From the NCBI RefSeq assembly GCF_963921235.1, contig NC_086108.1, positions 59,398,001 to 59,462,000 on the forward strand: a stretch of DNA of 64,000 nucleotides, given 5' to 3'. Position 1 is the stretch's first letter. Each line of letters opens with the position of its first letter. This DNA comes from Mobula hypostoma. Taxonomy: Eukaryota. Of the stretch, positions 60,351 through 64,000 are shown piece by piece. Position numbers and translations under genes: made by a program. A model generated the notes under the pieces. It was not told where the DNA came from and did no database searches. It worked only from the letters and a program-made list of their open reading frames with translations.

Positions 60351-62755
60351 TGTTATGTGTTATACCTCCAAAACATAAAAAAAATTGCAAGGAGAAGATG
60401 TATGTCCAGGAGAATGTGTTTAGTTCAGTTTTACTTTAAGTGATGCATGTAATTATGACGTGGTGGCAAGCTGCCATTTACGTACTTTTACATAAAGTCC
60501 ATAATAAATTATTTAAACAAACATAGAATGCTTAATCAAGCAATATACAATATTTACAATATTACTGAAATATTAAATACACAACATTCCTCCCTGCTTA
60601 GCTATAAACTCTAACTCTATATATAATGCATCTCAACTATATACACAATATACTATATAATACAACTACTGTAGAGACATCCACAGCATAGTAAATTTTA
60701 AATTGTGGCAATCAGTCCTAAATATTTAATCGCTGTGGAGGATTTCTAACTGTTGTGGGATAACGTCTTTCCTGACAAGTGAGACGAGGGCAGGGTCACT
60801 CTGCTTGGCAGATGAGACTTGTGGCTGTGAAACAGTCTCAGGTTCTGAGGCCTACTCCATAGTGGTTGTAGCAGTTGACTCTGTGACTGCAGGAAGTCGT
60901 TCTGGATGTGTTGGCATCCGCAACAGTGCATGACATGCTGCTTGATCTGCTGATCTATCCCAGACAACTAGACAAAATGGGGCACTCTCTATGGATGGAA
61001 AGTAGACACTAGTGGTTGATGATCAGTAATGAAGGCAAACCCTCTCCCATAAAAGTAGTAGTTAGAATGGTTTACACCACAAACCAGACTCAAGGCCACT
61101 CTGTCAAACTATGTGTAATTTTACTCTGCAGTGGTAAGGGGACATGCTACAAAGGCCATGGGGCGTTCACTTCCATTACTCATAGCATGTGACATGACCG
61201 CACATATACCATAAGGCGATGCGTTGCAGGCAAGTTTCATTGGACGATGTGGTTCAGAATGTGTGAATAGTGCCTGAAGTCACCATTTCCTTTACTTTAT
61301 TCAAAGCTACCTCATACTGATTTGTCCATTGCCATTTCTTCCCGATCTGTAATAATGAGTTCAAGGGGTGAAGCTGAGTAGCCAGGTGTGGCAGGAACCT
61401 GTTATAGTAATTCACAAATCCTAAAAAAGACCACAACTGTGACAAGTTCTTTGGCCTTGAGGCATTTATTACTGCTTGAATTTTCTCAGCGCACTTCTGT
61501 AAATCTTGAGTGTCAATGGTGTGACCACAATAAGTGATGCTTGATGTAAATAAATCACAATTATTGCACTGCGCTCTTAGCCCATAATCTTCTAGTCTTT
61601 TTAACACTGTCTTGAGATTTTGGAGATGTTCATTTTCATCCTTACTAGTAACAATGCTGTCATTTATTTAACACTGAGTTTTGGGACAGTCTTGCACCAT
61701 CTAGTCCATAGCTTCTGCCGGAGAGCAGGTGCAGATGCTGCTCCAAAAATATGCCTATTATTGCAATAACGTCCTTTGTGAGTCTTGATGGTGACAAAAA
61801 ATTTGGACTCTTCTTCCACCTCCATCTGTAGGTAGGCCTCAGTTGAGTCCACTTAGTTAAAGTATTTTCCTCCAGAAAGGTTTTCAAATATACCCTCTGT
61901 CCTGGACGGGGGTATTGGTCTACTTTCAGTACTGGGTTTACTGTGACCTTAAAAGCAATGCAGATGCCGACAGACTTATTCCTCTTGGATATTGGAACCA
62001 CTGCTGTTCCCTATGGACCCTACTCAACCTTTGTAGGAATTCCTTCAGCCTCCATGCAAGTTGCTCTCGAGTTACTTTATCATGAATGATATAAGGAACC
62101 AGATGGGCTTTGTAAAACTTGCGTGTGGCATTTTTGCATAAAACTATTTTATCCTTAATACGTTTGAATTTTCCGATGGCATTCTCGAACACTACTATTG
62201 CATCATACAGTGCCTTTCTTAATTCACTTTCACCTTCACTCAGAATACAATACCCAGTTATCCCTTGCACAGTCAAATGTGTCTATCTTCCCAATGTAGC
62301 TAGCTATTTCTGCATTTATTTATTCATGATTAATATCAGCCAGTACTCATTGTTTATGAACCTACGAATTTGTCCATTTTCTGCCTTTTTTTAACTCAAC
62401 CATTTCTTCTCTATCCCTTCCAAAGAGACATGTTCTGCACTGCTTTTTTTTTACTTGAACATCTCACTGTGCTTCAACAGGTAGTCTTGGGTTAACTTAG
62501 AAAAATATTTCATCACTACTATGTTTTGTAACTCCAGAACATAAAACTAAATTGCAAGAAAAAGATAGGAGTCTAGGAGAACATGTCTTTGTATGTTTTT
62601 ACTTTAAGCAAGGTGTGTAGGTATGATATGGCAGCATAATGATGTATACTATTTACATACTTTTACATATAGTCTGCAATGCATTACGTAAGCTGCTTAA
62701 TCAAACAGTATCTTTACCATATTACAAATATTACTGAAACATTAAATACACAACA
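60351..62755 (-). mobile_element. Gypsy LTR retrotransposon, internally deleted; LTRs at 60351-60586 and 62522-62755
   Basis: Both LTRs are TG..CA and end AAATACACAACA. PPT GCAGGGAGGAA (minus) abuts 60587 and a PBS-like TAGTAGTGATG (minus) abuts 62521. ORF pieces: FLGFVNYYNRFLP, VNPVLKVDQYP, AYLQMEV. Confidence 0.85.
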
Positions 62756-62769
62756 ACCTTAGATTCAGT

Positions 62770-63720
62770 TATTGCTCCTTTAGATTGAAAATTGTAAATG
62801 TTACTCCTTTATTAAAAGAGGGAAGGAGACAGAAAACAATAAGCTACAGTTGCTTAGCTTTATTATTATTATTGGTTGAAACTATTATTACAGGGTTCTG
62901 AAAAAAAAATCAAGGTATTCAGGCAAAGTCAATTTGACTTTGTAAAAGAAAACTCATGTTTTGCCAATTTATTGGATTTCTTTGAAGAAGTAATGTATGC
63001 TGTGAATAAAAGAGGAAAACAGTGAATATGATATAATTAGATTTCTAGAAGATACTTAATAAGGTGCCACATCAAAGAAAAGTTTTTGGTGCAGGAGGTA
63101 ACATATTCATATCGATAGAATATTAGTTGGTTAATAGGAAACAGACAATAGGCCTATATGGTCTTTTTCTGCTTGGCAAGATGTAATGAGTGTGTGCTAC
63201 AGGGATCAATGCTGTAGCTTCAACTTTGTACAAATTATATTAATGACTTGGATCATCACTAAAGTTTGGGAAAGTAAATTTAGAAGAGGATGTAAGAAGT
63301 CTGAGAGGAATATACTGTAGCTAGGTTGTGAGGAGACCAAGGTTTGGCAAATAGAGCAAAATGCTGGAAAAGGTGAAAATTGTCCATTTTGGCAGGAAAA
63401 TATATTAAAAGATATTTTATGTAAATTATAAGTGATTGCAGAGCCTGGAGATATGGAGGGATCTGAATATCCTGGAGTGAGTGAGGTCTTTGTTGGATCA
63501 TAGAAGATTGTAATGGATCCTGCCAGGGCGAATGGAGGGAGAATACTTGTGTCGAAAACATCTGGGTTTTAAAATAACTTTTAAAGAACCGCAGGTTGCA
63601 CATTTAACAAACGTGGTGAAATCATCCCTTTGAGGGCTGTATGCCTTTAGAATTTTTATCTTTAATGGAAGCTGATTTGTTGAATATCATTCAGGTAGAG
63701 TGAGGAATGTGCTCCATAAG
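62770..63720 (+). mobile_element. Decayed CR1 RT fragment
   Basis: Remnants of the NVTPL.K.G, DF.K..KVPH and QGSML regions. Confidence 0.7.
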
Positions 63721-63747
63721 CAAATAATGAAAGATTAACAAAAAAGC

Positions 63748-64000
63748 ATCTGAATCAGGTTTGTATATCACTGGCATATGTTGTGAAATTTGTTGTTTAT
63801 GGCAGCAGTACATTGCAATACATAATATTGAGTATATATACAATATATACAGCATATTTATGTGTGTGTGTATATATAATTATATACTCTGTATGATTAA
63901 ATAAGTAGTGTAAAAAGAAAAAAAGAGAGGAGAAGTAATGAGATAGTGTTCATGGGTTGATTGTCCATTTAGAAATCTGATGACAGAGGGTAAGAGGCTG
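63748..64000 (-). mobile_element. Rex1/Babar 3' tail
   Basis: GAATCAGGTTTGTATATCACTGGCAT..GTGTTCATGGGTT is the reverse complement of the tail at 8700-8948. Confidence 0.7.

Overview
Vertebrate genomic DNA, most likely a cartilaginous fish; this is inferred from the SacSINE1-like and HE1/V-SINE-like SINEs and the shark-type CR1, Rex1/Babar and Neptune-type Penelope repeats. The only host coding sequence I can support is the first coding exon of NEGR1 (IgLON family) on the minus strand at 37430-37605, which the ORF track missed. Positions 1-37429 are therefore NEGR1 intron 1, and 37606-64000 are 5'UTR, promoter and upstream DNA. The rest is mostly transposon debris: CR1 (one young copy with a 648-aa open RT frame), Rex1/Babar, Penelope-like elements, mariner, Tc1 and hAT non-autonomous elements, SINEs, and BEL/Pao and Gypsy remnants. 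The most notable structures are: (i) a 4-kb head-to-head Penelope dimer enclosed by one 14-bp target-site duplication, with a 5x37-bp stutter and a 54-bp inversion at the junction; (ii) minimal hammerhead-ribozyme motifs in the Penelope tails; (iii) a separate 186-bp hairpin made of two inverted hammerheads; (iv) an orphan CpG-rich, promoter-like island inside intron 1. All family calls come from motifs recognised by eye, with no database search. Boundaries of old repeats are approximate.
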